Source: Balanoglossus misakiensis (Eukaryota > Animalia > Hemichordata). Taken from it: a stretch of 64,000 nt of DNA. Of the stretch, positions 35,853-48,432 are shown in pieces; position 1 is the first letter of the stretch; each line of letters opens with the position of its first letter. A program made the translations under genes and the position numbers. The stretch is from NCBI GenBank assembly GCA_040954595.2, contig CM082587.2, positions 5,877,605 through 5,941,604 on the forward strand. Reading direction: 5' to 3'. Below the pieces are notes generated by a model that was not told where the DNA came from, did not search any database, and saw only the letters and a program-made list of their open reading frames with translations.

Positions 35853-38782
35853 GAAAGACCTCACAGATCAGACACTCTCCGCGAGCGGACAGCCAACCGA
35901 TGTTGTAACTGCCCCACTACATGTAACACCTATACCCGCGTGGACGTTGCTTCAGTCCACAGTCACATGTTGAACATAAAGACGGAAGAGGCTTTCCACC
36001 GTACGGTCTATTACATGTACATGTATACTGCTATCTTATCACACGACTTTCGTTTACTGTCTCAGTGCTCAGTGTACGTTATATACCAGGTCACCAATAG
36101 TTCAAATAAGAGACAGAAGAACGAGCGCTCCTCTTTCTGTGTAAACCCGACATATTGTAATAATATGGGTATACTTCCATTACAATGTCTGGTATTAACC
36201 ATCATTTTCTAGGACTTTTTCAATTGGCACATATCCATGCGCACAGATGGTCTATGTCTGGTTCTATGTATACAAAGGCCATATGGGAAACTAAACCACA
36301 CAGTCGTTATGTGTGGTGGTGTTTGGTCAAGTAAACGATATTCCCAGAATCCAATTTTGTGTAATTTGGCGTTTAATAAATATAACAGGTGACAACCATG
36401 TGATCGATTCCAGGCGAATACTGACGTTACCTGCCAAGCAGAAGTACAGGTTCTTTGAAGTAATATAAAAATACGCGACTTAATAATGTTTGAAATGAAG
36501 CAAACAATACGACTATAGAAATAGAAACCGTGGTGTTAATTGGCCCACAAGCTGACTGTGAATATCCGTGTTAATTAATGGAAGACATGCCCTTTTCACT
36601 GTCCCCATTTTTATGACGTCCCAGCGTGACACGCCCGGCCCGCGAGTCTGTTCCGATTCCAACCTGTTTCCCATGGAGATTTAGACTTCGCAGTTTGTAT
36701 AGATATTTCTCGGCTGAGTGAAATTAGCCAGCTTCTCGTGTCCGCCGCTTGAAATTCAATTCATCCGCTGGAACGAACGAGGATTATCGGATCCTGGAGG
36801 AACATCCATGTGCACACACTGTGCAGGCACCAACAATGCAATTTCCAGTCGGATGAAACGGCCCCAGTTTCGCCAGTTTCGTGTTCCACTTGTAAGCCCA
36901 GATAATTCTTGAATAAACTCTGCGGGTACCGACGCAAAGCTGTGTATATACACCTATGAAAAAAGCCGGATTATGTTGTGTGTATACTCCTCCTTATCTG
37001 GATTCGTTTGACCGAACCCCGAGGACGGAAAATACGCACGAGTGGGGAATTTCTGCGCCGGCCGGCAAAGCGTGGCGTTCCTGCGCAGCTTGGTGATGGG
37101 CGGACAGCGCCTTCGCATTCACCGCACTGTGCAACCTGTGTTTCCAAAAACGAATAAATCAGCACCGCATACTTCGAGTGCCCATCCCATTGCGCGTATC
37201 GATCGATACCCAGGGCAGTGGTCTCACGTGACAGGGGGGAACCATGCGTTCTCCTTTCACAGGGTAGGTCGAAGCATGACTCCACGTGACCGGCGTGGGA
37301 ATGTGTATATAGACGTGGTCTACACAACCGGCAGACAACTCAGCCTATACCATTTGGCAGGTAGTCTGAAGGCCAATTTTTCCCTGCCTTGTGGTTTTGG
37401 GCTACGACTGTCGGGTAAAAGTGCTATAACGTCGTGTAAGTCATATCAATTAAAACCAAGCCGAGGAACCTGTTTACGGATGGCATTTGGTTGGTAAACG
37501 CATAGACAACGCTATGCAGGTCCGATGTGGCTGCCTCAGCGGGAGGTTCTTGCGAACAGGTGGCGAAACCATGCGAGATGATATGCGGGCATACGTGTAT
37601 ACGCGATGCGCCGAAACGCCGTATGGCCACCCGCCTTTTCCTGACCATACAGTGTTTTCTCTTTGTCTGTCGCCCGATTGACCACTGGCTCTGAGTTTGG
37701 TATAATGGCAACCGACCGCACTGCGCATTTTCTCAAGCAACTTCCAGTCGAGATGAGATTGTTCTTAATTCTCTGTGGTGCGGTCACGTGTCACAGGTCT
37801 TATACGGCCAATGCGAATTATCTCAATCACACAGAAACGTCTCGATGAATCATTTCTGACACCGGTATGCTCAGGGAAACCTTTGCGCTAAATCTAAAAA
37901 AAAAACACCCAAATTTTACTTTCTTGACATTGGATGCAACAAAAGACCGGTGGTTGGGGTAGGGAAGGTTGAATCTGTCACCATCGAAGAGGTGGGCGCG
38001 CGCCACGGAACGGAAATACACCTGTCCTCTCTTCCGCCTTTATCCTGACTCTACATGAGAGACCCAAAGGTCCGGATCATATCAATTTTGACTGTGAAAC
38101 ACCCCGTGAATTCGGAAGCAGCGACAGCGACGTGCGAAGGTGCACAGCCGCGGACAGCATGGGCCTGTGCCCCGATCTAAGAACCCAAGGTGGCCAGCGT
38201 AAAGGGGAAATGGAACGCGGGACATTCTTGTCAGACAGCAGGCGGGGCTCGAGTGCGATCGATCCGGGTTCTGGTCGCTTGAAATCAGGATCCGTTGGAC
38301 GTAAAAAACACTTCACCGGTCTTAATAATCACACTGTCTTTATCCTGTGGTTCAAATGATAGGTTATGAATATAATTTGACATTGAAAATAAATTGCTGT
38401 ACGGCGCAAATATATCAAAGTCAACGACATGCCAGTTTGCCACGGTGTGATTGATAGAGTGTTCGCGAAACATTTCCCAACGAGTTGGCGGACTGGCCTC
38501 GTAGGGAATAACCTAATAACTAGCCTGCCCCATTCCAATGGAATGTGGCCTTAATCTGCCAAGAGAATCGGAAGATATATACCTTAATAATCGTTCCCTA
38601 AGAAATTGCGACTGCGCACGTGTTTAGAAATGGCACCGGCTCCACAATGGGGCATTTTACGGCTGAGGGGTTTTCCCATCGCAATTTGCAACAACGTGAG
38701 AATCCCCCACTCATCACCTCATGTGTCTCCCATGGTTCTCTGGTTCTATCATTGTGTGCCGGGGATCTCAAGCCGGCCGACC

Positions 38783-39017
38783 TTAAAGGGACAAAGTCTC
38801 TCTCCTCGCTGCCCCTTTTCCATTAATTATGTTTGATACAAGTCACCGTTTATGTTATTCTACATGTAGATATACATAGCGAATCAACGTTCGACCACAC
38901 ACAATTTCCATCCCACTTGTAGACACGAGATTGAAAAGCTCGCCAAAACGAATAACCGGTCTCTACCGTTTAGTCATTTCGGCGAGATTTTTACTCCCAC
39001 AAACGGGATGGAAGTTG
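38783..39017 (-). mobile_element. Kolobok-like palindromic MITE, copy 2
   Basis: TTAA|AGGGACAAAGTCTCTCT start; internal asymmetric segment is reverse-complemented relative to copy 1. Confidence 0.8.
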
Positions 39018-40912
39018 AGGGGTCGTACATCGCCAACTTTGGCATTAAATTGTTATAGTCGCGATCCAGATTGGTTTAATGCGACATGTCAAAGTTATTT
39101 TGTAATTCGACGTAAAATTGTCATCATCCGAGAGTCGTCACCTTCTTGGTAGAAACGTATTACTGGTATACAGAATGGTGCGCCCCCCCCTCCCCTCCCG
39201 ATTTGCATTGGTCACTCCCTGAATACACGCATCAGAGAATATACCCACAGAAATGCATGCCTCATCCCATATGCTGTAAATCAGGGCGGACGCGGACTCC
39301 CACACCTTATGGACTTCTTCCCAGGATTTACTGTTGAACGATGCCCGGGCATTTCGGTCAAAAGCAAATAAAGTTTATGGTCGAACCGGTTTTTGCAGTC
39401 TTACGCGGCTTTGTCCGGAGATGTCATCAGAACATAGGTTCGCATAGGTGGTATAAGGGTCGTGACACTAGACCAGAAGAAGTCGAGCTAAAGAATGATC
39501 ACCTCTCGCTGGTCGCACTACGTGTCCAAATGATTCCAGCGGTATCGCCAACAAATACGCCCTGGTTGACTGAGGTTAGGTGAATTGGCCCAGTATTCAA
39601 CAATTCATGATCTAATAAGATCTCTCGCATTGTCACCACACAGACGGGTCGCTCGGAAGTAGGCGGGGCCGCAGACCGACCAATATTCACCTGACTTGAC
39701 TCCCTGTCAATTACCAGCATTTGATGATCGTCAAATAAACTGTTTGGTTTGCAAAGTTTTTTTTGTAAAGATCAGACTGGTTCCCTTGGTCTTTTGATCT
39801 GCCGAGATTCCAAAAGTCACTCAAAGCGAATTCCACAGTCTTTGGTGTCTGACTGTTGGGCCAATTGAGACTCTTTTAAATGAGTCGTTTACCATCCCGA
39901 GGAATTCAAACTGTTCCAAAGTGCGCCGCGTAAAAAAATATGTCACTGCGAGAACGCGTGATGGTGGTGGTGATGATGATGACGACGACGCCGGCGACAA
40001 GGTTGATGTTAATTCGTGTATTATTTTTTTTCATTTCTAAAGTTAACAAATAAATTCAAACACCTACTTTCTCATATTCTTATCGCCTGGTGTCTACAAA
40101 TGTAATTATTCAGACAAAATTATATGAATGTTGTTTTGGCATATCCGGTTCAACAGGTAGCAACGTCGACATTGATTTGATTGATTTGTTAATAATGAGG
40201 AAACGTGCCACGTTTACGCCTGGTCTTCGATCAATTTTATTTGTGCTGATAAGTGGTGTCAATTGACCCCTGGTGGACCCCAAGTCGTGAATTCCCTCTA
40301 TATTAACGATCATCGGTCGCGACAGGGATAAAGTGAAAGGCATCTTATTAGTACCCCGAGCCCCCTGACACTATATACTGACAGCACTACCCTCCCTCCC
40401 CTCCTTACCGCCCTCCCTCCCCAACATCAGTGTCACCGCTTTGTAAACACAGCGGGTAACAACTCGGTTTCCTGACATCACCAAGTCCGTGTTGCCATGG
40501 TACGTCCAGGGTGTTGCCAAGCCAACCCCGGGGGCTGTGTTTATCAAACTTGTTGAGGATTTCGCAAGGAACTAACACGGAATGAATGGGCTCTGTATAG
40601 TCGCTGGTCGCCACGGAGGCAATGCTTAACGCCGACCTGTCAAACCCGTTGACGCCAATCCCGTGCATCGTGTGGCGGAGTTTATAATTGACTGTTTTTC
40701 ACGTAATATGCAGGATTATGACTATCAGAATGTTCAGTAAAGGATATCATATATATCATACTGGCGCCAAGCGAGTAAAAAATGAACACCGCAAGCGTCT
40801 CCGACGGGAGAAAAATAATTAAACTTATATCTCCGCATATTATTTTATCATACGATCTCTCATATCGCGTGACATAATTAAAAGTTGAACCATACATTCC
40901 GCGAAGAGTGTG

Positions 40913-40928
40913 TGACCTTGGGTGACCT
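40913..40928 (-). promoter_or_regulatory. Perfect nuclear-receptor DR4 element (AGGTCA-ccca-AGGTCA)
   Basis: TGACCT tggg TGACCT on the + strand, 2.3 kb upstream of the NRARP ATG. Confidence 0.35.
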
Positions 40929-41144
40929 TTGGGGAGTCGCGGTACAGACGTTGCAATACGCACAAACAACGCAGGAATGGGAAATAGCAAACGATAGGCT
41001 AACACGCGTACGAGGGTCGAGAAGAGGTTCACCCTGACTGTATTAGAAAAGCGGGGTTATTTCGCGAAGTTCGACATTCACTGCCCTTTAATATTACTTG
41101 TTATGTATACTTGACTTGGACACCAAACATTTCGATGGTGTCTC

Positions 41145-41225
41145 TTGTTGTTGTTGTTGGTGGTGGTGGTGGTGGTGGTAGTGGTAGGTTGGTTGGTTGG
41201 TTGGTTGGTTAGGTTAGGTTAGTTA
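41145..41225. repeat. Compound microsatellite (GTT)n(GGT)n(GGTT)n
   Basis: Directly visible. Confidence 0.9.
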
Positions 41226-41241
41226 GTGTCTGTGGTTAGTG

Positions 41242-41266
41242 CATGGAGGTACTTAGTACCTCCATG
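41242..41266. mobile_element. 25-bp palindromic transposon remnant (P-element-like) with 7-bp flanking direct repeat
   Basis: gttagtg|CATGGAGGTACT-T-AGTACCTCCATG|gttagtg. Confidence 0.6.
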
Positions 41267-42671
41267 GTTAGTGTTACTCGTCAACCACAAGTCTTCCCGT
41301 TTGTATATGTTATGTCACCACACGCTTTGCTGGTCTTCTCTGATAAGCCGACAGGTATACTTGATGCATTATGCGTGACAAAACAGGGCTCGCAGGTTAC
41401 CTTTGCTAACGAATACTAGTAAACAATATAGGGAAAGTACTAGTAACCAAACAAAAAAGTGCAGACACATCCAAGAAAACATTATGTACAAGAACAGGCG
41501 CATGAACTGTTGGGACTCCCGCCCAAGCGGACGATACATTCTCTGTGTCCATGCTCAACACGTTCCTGTACATAGTTTTTTTATTAGCTCAATGAGGTCA
41601 GTGCACTAGTGTGGAGAAAACTTCAACATTCTTCCGTCCATGTGCACGTAGTATGTAGAAGAGGGCAATGCCTCTTCGGGTCGCCCAGGGGAGAGCAGTT
41701 GGATTGCGGCCCTTCAAGAACGACTGTCGTTTCTAGAAAAACACTTGCCGACTTTTTTTAGGGATCGCAGTTAGAACTGAATCCGAAAACAAAGTTGTTG
41801 AAATTGCGGCTGATTCGGTTTAACCAAACTTTTCGCACTTTTTAAAAACTTATCGAAAATGTCATCGCAAAACAACACAGGTTTGAAACCTGTTCTTTGA
41901 CTTTGAGTGATTTCATTCTGACCACCACATCAAAGATCTGAAGACGGGTCTCTTTCTTATAACCGTCGCTACGACACACCCGCGTTCGTTGGCCGGGGGA
42001 AGACATTGAACTTTTGGGTCGCACGGGTGCCCATCGTTATGGCGTAATTTTCTGGCAAACACAAACGCACATTCCTCGTCAAGTGTTTCCCCCCTCCACT
42101 GTTCACTATCACGTCCCCACATTGCGTCTTCGCGATGACCTTTGTTCCGGTCTAGTTTCGCGTTTCTGTTGTCCAACCGGAGAAATCTCTCGTACCAGAT
42201 CGAGTTTCGCCCCAGTATTTGAGAACCAGCGTGTTTCTATTGTTCGCGGGCCGGTACAACACGGGTTTAAATAGTGTAGGGAAATGGCACTGGTAGTGTG
42301 CATTCCAACGAATGACGACCGTGGGGCTGATTTCTCATCGCACATTGCCCGGCAAAACTTTATTGTGTGTATATAAGTACGGTAATGTACACCGAGCCAG
42401 TTCCGGGGCAGGGCCAAACTGATATCTGTAAGATACGTCCGTATCTGTCGGTCACTCTGAGCTGACGGGCTGACGACGATCGCGCTCTCGGCGTGGTACA
42501 CGTGAACGTCGACGGAGATGGCTCACACGTTTCGGACAGCTCGTCGCGGGGACTTGTAGAATTCTGAGATACTTCTGCGTTTTGATCGACACTGGGCGGA
42601 GCTGCTGCTCTCACAAACAGCCACTGTTCTACGTCAATCACGTTCTGTTTGTATTTCTTTGAGAGGGTCGA

Positions 42672-43004
42672 GTTGAGAAGGCCCGCGGTCGACGTTCCCA
42701 CGCTCCTGACATCATGAATCAACATCCTCTAATTAACAATCACTTGATGACGTTGGCCAACCAGCGCGCGGGTTGGCGAATTAGCCGAGGGAGCGGACCA
42801 ACCAGCAGTCAGATTAACACGTAGGTTAACAAAAGCGATTGGACCTTCGCGTAGAGCTGGCGCAATTCAAATTCTAACACCCCAGTGTTATGATAATTTT
42901 TTCTGATGAATATTTGAGCACACCCCTTTGTGAGACGAGGCGAGTGAAGTGTCGAGTCGGAACTTGAATACCAGCGCAGAGTTGCATAGCAGCGTGTGTG
43001 GGAA
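42672..43004 (+). promoter_or_regulatory. NRARP proximal Notch-response region: SPS-like pair plus single CSL site
   Basis: gTTGAGAA-N15-TTCCCACG (42672-42702) and TGTGGGAA (42997-43004) within 560 bp of the NRARP ATG. Confidence 0.6.
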
Positions 43005-43228
43005 GAAGTGGCGTAGTCGGCTTGTTGCCTTACATTCTGTGCGGTGGAAATTCTGTTCGACTCCTGCAGACCGCCGTTTTGCATGTGCCCGGAGTCTCTA
43101 CAGGGGAAGAGAGCGGAAGCTAGACCACACGGTACGACAGAGGGTGAGGAGGTGGTTACGGGTCCCGGTCTCTGCTCTGACTTGGAAAAGGTTTGTTTCC
43201 ACGCATCCTGACACACAACACATACACA

Positions 43229-43549
43229 ATGACGGCGCAGATACAGTCCCCGTACCAGAAGGTCTTCCAGGAGGCCGTGAAAAACGGCGACACAACTGAA
43301 CTGGCGCGGCTCCTGGAGACCTCCAGGCAGGACGTGAACGTGAACCTGTTCGACTGCGAGGGCCAGACCGCCCTCCACCAGTCCGTGATCGACGGTAACT
43401 TCGAACTTGTCAAGTTGCTTGTGCAATTCGGTGCCGACGTGAAGCTGGCCAATCGCGACGGCTGGAACGCGCTACACATTGCGGCTTATGGAGGCCACGA
43501 GGATATAGCCCTTTACCTTATTGCAAATCTCAACAGCTGTAAGAGATAG
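43229..43549 (+). CDS. NRARP: Notch-regulated ankyrin repeat-containing protein (106 aa, intronless)
   Basis: MTAQIQSPYQKVFQEAVKNGDT...EGQTALHQSVIDGNFELVKLLVQFGADVKLANRDGWNALHIAAYGGHEDIALYLI closely matches human NRARP as I recall it (FQEAV, EGQTALHQSVIDGN.ELVKLLV.FGAD..LANRDGW.ALHIAA.GGH). First ATG in acaATG context at 43229. Confidence 0.97.
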   Translation: MTAQIQSPYQKVFQEAVKNGDTTELARLLETSRQDVNVNLFDCEGQTALHQSVIDGNFELVKLLVQFGADVKLANRDGWNALHIAAYGGHEDIALYLIANLNSCKR

Positions 43550-46500
43550 ACTCAACTATTTTACAAGAGATTCCTCATGTGGGAAAGACATATATTTTAC
43601 ATGTTTAGTATTCGCTCTGTGCTGTGCAGTTACAGCCGACTGTCGTCGAAGGACAATGTATATACACTATCGGAAATACACACAAGTGATTTTTGCCAGC
43701 GTACCTGTGCACACCAATTACAAAAGCGACACAATGTATGCGAGATAGACTCGGTAGGATTCCACTCTTGAGTTGCTTACGCCGTGGCAAACCCTTTTTA
43801 CCTCACCGTAGATCCAGATAGTGCAACCGAATCCGTGGCATTACAAACGTTGTTAGTCCAAGAAGAATTTCGAGTGCATTTTATGTTGGGAGTAGTGTGT
43901 GACTGGACTGCGTGACTGCTAAATAGCAACACAGGTCGCATAGTTCGCGCACGCATTGATTGTATGTATGGTGGACGCCAGGGAGGCCATGTTTGTTCAC
44001 TCCGGGGTTGTCGTGTCAGTGTTTTCCGCTCGGCCACACGAGTCGCGATCGGCCTGCTTACCGATTTACGCCCCTGTCTGACGCCTCGTCGTGTTGTCAT
44101 GGCAACCGCTGCCCCGTCGACCTGCCCCGCGAGGAGGCCTTGTGGCCCACCGAACCCGGAGAAGTGACTTGGGGAGCGGACGGCAGCATGCTTTGGAAAG
44201 AGACCGGGCGAGTCCTTTATTGGGAGGGAATCGAATTTCAGTGCCGGTTACACTCTGCGCGAGAGGAGAACCACAACAAGAATTCGGCGAGGGATGGGAG
44301 AAGCAAGAACAGATCGAATGACCGTACATTTTTAATGAAACTTTACACTCCTTTTTTTATTGTTGTTTGAGACTTTGTGGAAATCGTCTGCAGTCTCACC
44401 GGTATACGTATTACAACGTTCACATGATGAGAGACGCCCGTGTTGGATGAAGCTTACACAACGGCACCGGACATGTCCCGAAGCAAACCTAATGACACTG
44501 TAGTATCCCAATATAATAATGTAAGTTAACTTTTTTTGAAAAAAAAATCATATCACACCGGTCCATACACGACTTCCGTGTCACAGCGAACGAGGAAAAG
44601 ATGGTGCTAGTGAAATAGTAGGAACAAGTGAACGCTGGGATTTATTTTGACATTCGATCGCCGCATTCAGACTTTGGAGAAAAAAAGTTTTAGTTGGTAT
44701 GGCGTGCTTTGCTAAAACCATACAAAGGAGGGGAAAGAAAAAAAGTACAGTATAAGCTTTCAATAGAACTGGTTAACAAAGCCGTGTAGAAGTTAAGTTT
44801 GCAACCTCCAACGGGCGCAATGTGGTTTTGATGCCAAGCGTGTATATACGATTGAACATTCTTCTTGCTGAAATAGGTAGATCAAATCAGCACGTCTTAT
44901 TTTAAATAACTACACAGACGATTCAGGGCATAACTAAGGACAGAATTTTTCTGTACTATATGTATATTATGGAAAGGATTATATATTTTCAACACGATAA
45001 AATTACCTGTACAACTTTTTTTTGTAATACATATTTCATCATTCACCAATATATTATATGCCTCCTATATATAGAGTCACAGACCGCATTATATTTTTTT
45101 CATATGCACTCTGAAAGTGGGACAACCTTTTTAACGTGGAGACAATTGGGTTTCCGTGTTGCTATGGATACGGGGAATCACGCAGCTCTCGACAGTGGCA
45201 GAACGCCAAACCGGGAGTCGAATGCTTTTCATAGTTATTGCTGTTGTTGAAAACACAGGCCAGTTATTTGTCTCTTCTGCGTGTCGAATTTAGAGGGGGG
45301 GGGATAATGACATTTATTGTTTTAAAGCATACTCGAAGCTGATTCGACTTGATAATTTACAGTATTTTAGAGGTAACCGCCGTTCAGTTGCGGCACAGTG
45401 AAGGCCGCGGGTTTGTTAATTTCATTCATCGACTCTTTCAAAGCCCGGGACAAACACTTAACAAAAGGGGGAACGTTTGTTCAAGTTTTTTTTGTGTGTA
45501 TGGCATTTTCGTAAAGCATTTGGGGCTCCGTGTTGGGATAAACACAAAGACGCGCCCCGAATGTTGTTACTGCCCCTGTAGTTTGTGTTTGGCAGAGATT
45601 TGTTTTGCATGGAGGGTCTCTTTTTTGTGCGTGTTGTGCGACAACTCACATGTTGTTGTTCTAAGCTGAATTGCGACGACGTCGAGCTTGTTGACAGTCA
45701 ACCAAAAAGGTTTTTTTTTGTGTGTGTGTGTGTGTGGCGTGCACAGAGCCTGGTCACCCGAAAACATTGCATGCACTCTTCTCTGAACACCTTTTCACGG
45801 CAGCCTGTAAAGCGTTGAGCTGGTTCACACTTGGCAACGACATTTAGCGTCGATAAGCTAAGCCAAAAACACGACCGGGACAGCTGTGAGGGATTAAACT
45901 CAACACGGTTGTGGAATAGCAAGGTCAATCGTACTTGCAGCGTCATTCAAATTTGACCGCCAAACAAAGGTTTTCTTTTGCTGCACAAGCAGCGATAGCA
46001 AGACAACATTGTACTTCGGTCAAAACACGTACATTTCTTTGTAATTTTAAATCGCCGAAACCCGGATTATCTTCCACATTCTTTTTTCAACATTATTGCT
46101 ATGGAAACGGAAGCCATTCGGGAAGCCATACAACACATCTCTTATTTTCTGCGGAAGGTCATAATGACCCCTAACAAGTCAACCGGTTGTTGATTAAACT
46201 TGATTGAGGGCATGAATGCACAAACTATACGATTCTTCGCGTTTTTTTTTTGTCTGGTAAGACATTCCATCTTTTTCCATGTATGGGAACTTGTTTGGGT
46301 ATATTATTGCAGTTACCATCTTTATACCAAAACGGAACTACCGCCACTATCATGGCTATTTCACACACAAATTCCGATGATTGACCGAGCAGGTGTCTAC
46401 GCACATGCAAGATCACAGCCCATCCACACACACACACAAACGAGGTGCCATGTGGTGATTACGTAAACCGTATTGAAGGCGGGCCCGGACTATGCCCTCA

Positions 46501-48042
46501 AGCGATACCGTCACCCAGTGCGCATGTACAAAATTTTACGTGCACAGGACAACTGGAGTCCGACTTCCCATGTTTCTCCACGCATGTCCTTTGACGCTGG
46601 TGGTACATTGTATTTGAGTTTTAGGATGAAATTTTGGCGATTACGTGGTGGGAAAAGGGATGGGGCTTATAGTGTCTGGACATTAGCAAAGCCAAAGCCA
46701 GATTTTCACCGGCTTTGGCTAAATTTACAGATTTGTAGAACATTGAACGTTTTCATAATTGTGGGTTGGGTTGGGTGGGGTGGGGCAGCTTCTGAAGACG
46801 TGTTTGCTATGCGAACGATACAATTGAGCTGTACATGTCATGATGTGTATGTTTGTTTGTGTATGTGCGCGTGTGTGTATGTGTGTTGTATGCAAGAATG
46901 TATGCATGTGTGTATTATGTCGTATACAAGCAAATATTTCATGGGGTAAATATGTAAATTTGGTCAAGAGAGAGTCTGTGGAAAATATACATCTTTTCTT
47001 TTTTTAATTATATAATGTTCTATTTGAAATTTTCAGTGAAGAGGTATGTTAATCCCTTCAATGACTTTTGCCATTGTTGTAATATGCTCCTGATTGTTTA
47101 TTACAGAGCTATGAGTTATTGTACAGACGATTTTATTCCGACACTGATAATTAAAACAAGTACATCGATAACAATTTACGTGCGTTTTCTATCATTTTGG
47201 CGGTTGCATGGTTGAGCTTGGCGGATCCAGATTATCCGGCGTACGTTTGTTGTTTATTCAGATGTTTTGACTTGGTATTAAACTTAAACGCGAGAGATGC
47301 GACAACGACTGACGACGCCTCGCCCTCGGTATGTAACATTGCATAAACACAAAAGTACATGTGATTGTCGGATCTTTTCTCGTTTCGTCCTTCGGCGTGA
47401 CTGAAAAGAGACTGAACACTCGATTGACAACAGTTGCAAAGGATTTTTGTAATGAGGCCCCCACCTATGTGCGTGTTTTTTGTTTGCTTGTACGTCTGAA
47501 GAGTTGCAACTGGGACTCCTTTCAGCCCAGTAGTTGTGTAGACCCCTTGTTATCGAGGCTTTTTTCATATGGAGGTCACCTTCGCCAACACGTGTCCCAG
47601 TTTCTCATGTTTTTGACGGCGCGTTTCTCGGTAAACAGGTGCCTGGATTTCGAGCCACCGGGGTAAGTGAAAAATCGCCCAGTACACCAAATGCGACTGC
47701 AAACGTTCGTCTTTAAAAACAAAGTGGGCAAGTGATTGACGTGTAATGTTCGGCAATCGGACCAACGTTTTGCAAGTAGTAGCCTAGCACTGAGACACCG
47801 CGTTGCAAACCGTTCCGTGAGAAATTCCTTTGCCCCCCAACATGCGGGGCTGATGACGGTGCATTCGGGGTCAACTTCCCAGGTCATGGCTGCAGACATA
47901 TACTCACGTCGCGGCGCGGTTGCAGAGCTAGAGAATGTAATAAACCTGGTTATCGTGGCTTTAACCCGGGGAACACAATATCAACCCCTGCTTTGCAGAA
48001 ACACCGGGTATTTCCGGTGGGATGTTGCGTCGGCATGCGTTC

Positions 48043-48134
48043 GACTTGAAGACTGTGGCCTCTGCTGGTGGAGCGAGCGCGAGATCCGGACTTGAAGACT
48101 GTGGCCTCTGCTGGTGGAGCGAGCGCGAGATCCG
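48043..48134. repeat. Perfect tandem duplication, 2 x 46 bp
   Basis: gacttgaagactgtggcctctgctggtggagcgagcgcgagatccg at 48043 and 48089. Confidence 0.95.
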
Positions 48135-48212
48135 TTGGTGAAGACATGGGCATTGAACCAGTCGGTCTGGCTTCAGTCGTGTTAAAACTTCTCTGGGGAA
48201 TAAATTAGTCGG

Positions 48213-48432
48213 TATGCAAAACACAGTTACGTGAGAAGAATTATTAATTCTTAGAATGTACACGATATGCAAAACACCGTTATGCAATCTTAGAATGTAC
48301 ACGATATGCAAATCACAGTTATATAAGAAGAGTTGTTAATTCCTAGAATGTACACGATATGCAAAACACAGTTATATAAGAAGAATTGTTAATTCTTAGA
48401 ATGTACACGATATGCAAAACACAGTTATGCAA
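48213..48432. repeat. Minisatellite, ~4 x ~53 bp (one unit shortened)
   Basis: Unit tatgcaaaacacagttatataagaagaattgttaattcttagaatgtacacga. Confidence 0.9.

Noticed and set aside
8000-42800. Numerous 60-190 aa ORFs in the intergenic region (e.g. 15594..16172, 20255..20740, 12979..13446)
   Set aside because: No recognisable domains, coding-like composition or chain of phase-compatible exons. Small exons or lncRNAs cannot be excluded without RNA data.
42809-43479. 205-aa and 107-aa antisense ORFs over NRARP
   Set aside because: Shadow ORFs of a GC-rich coding sequence; no recognisable domain.
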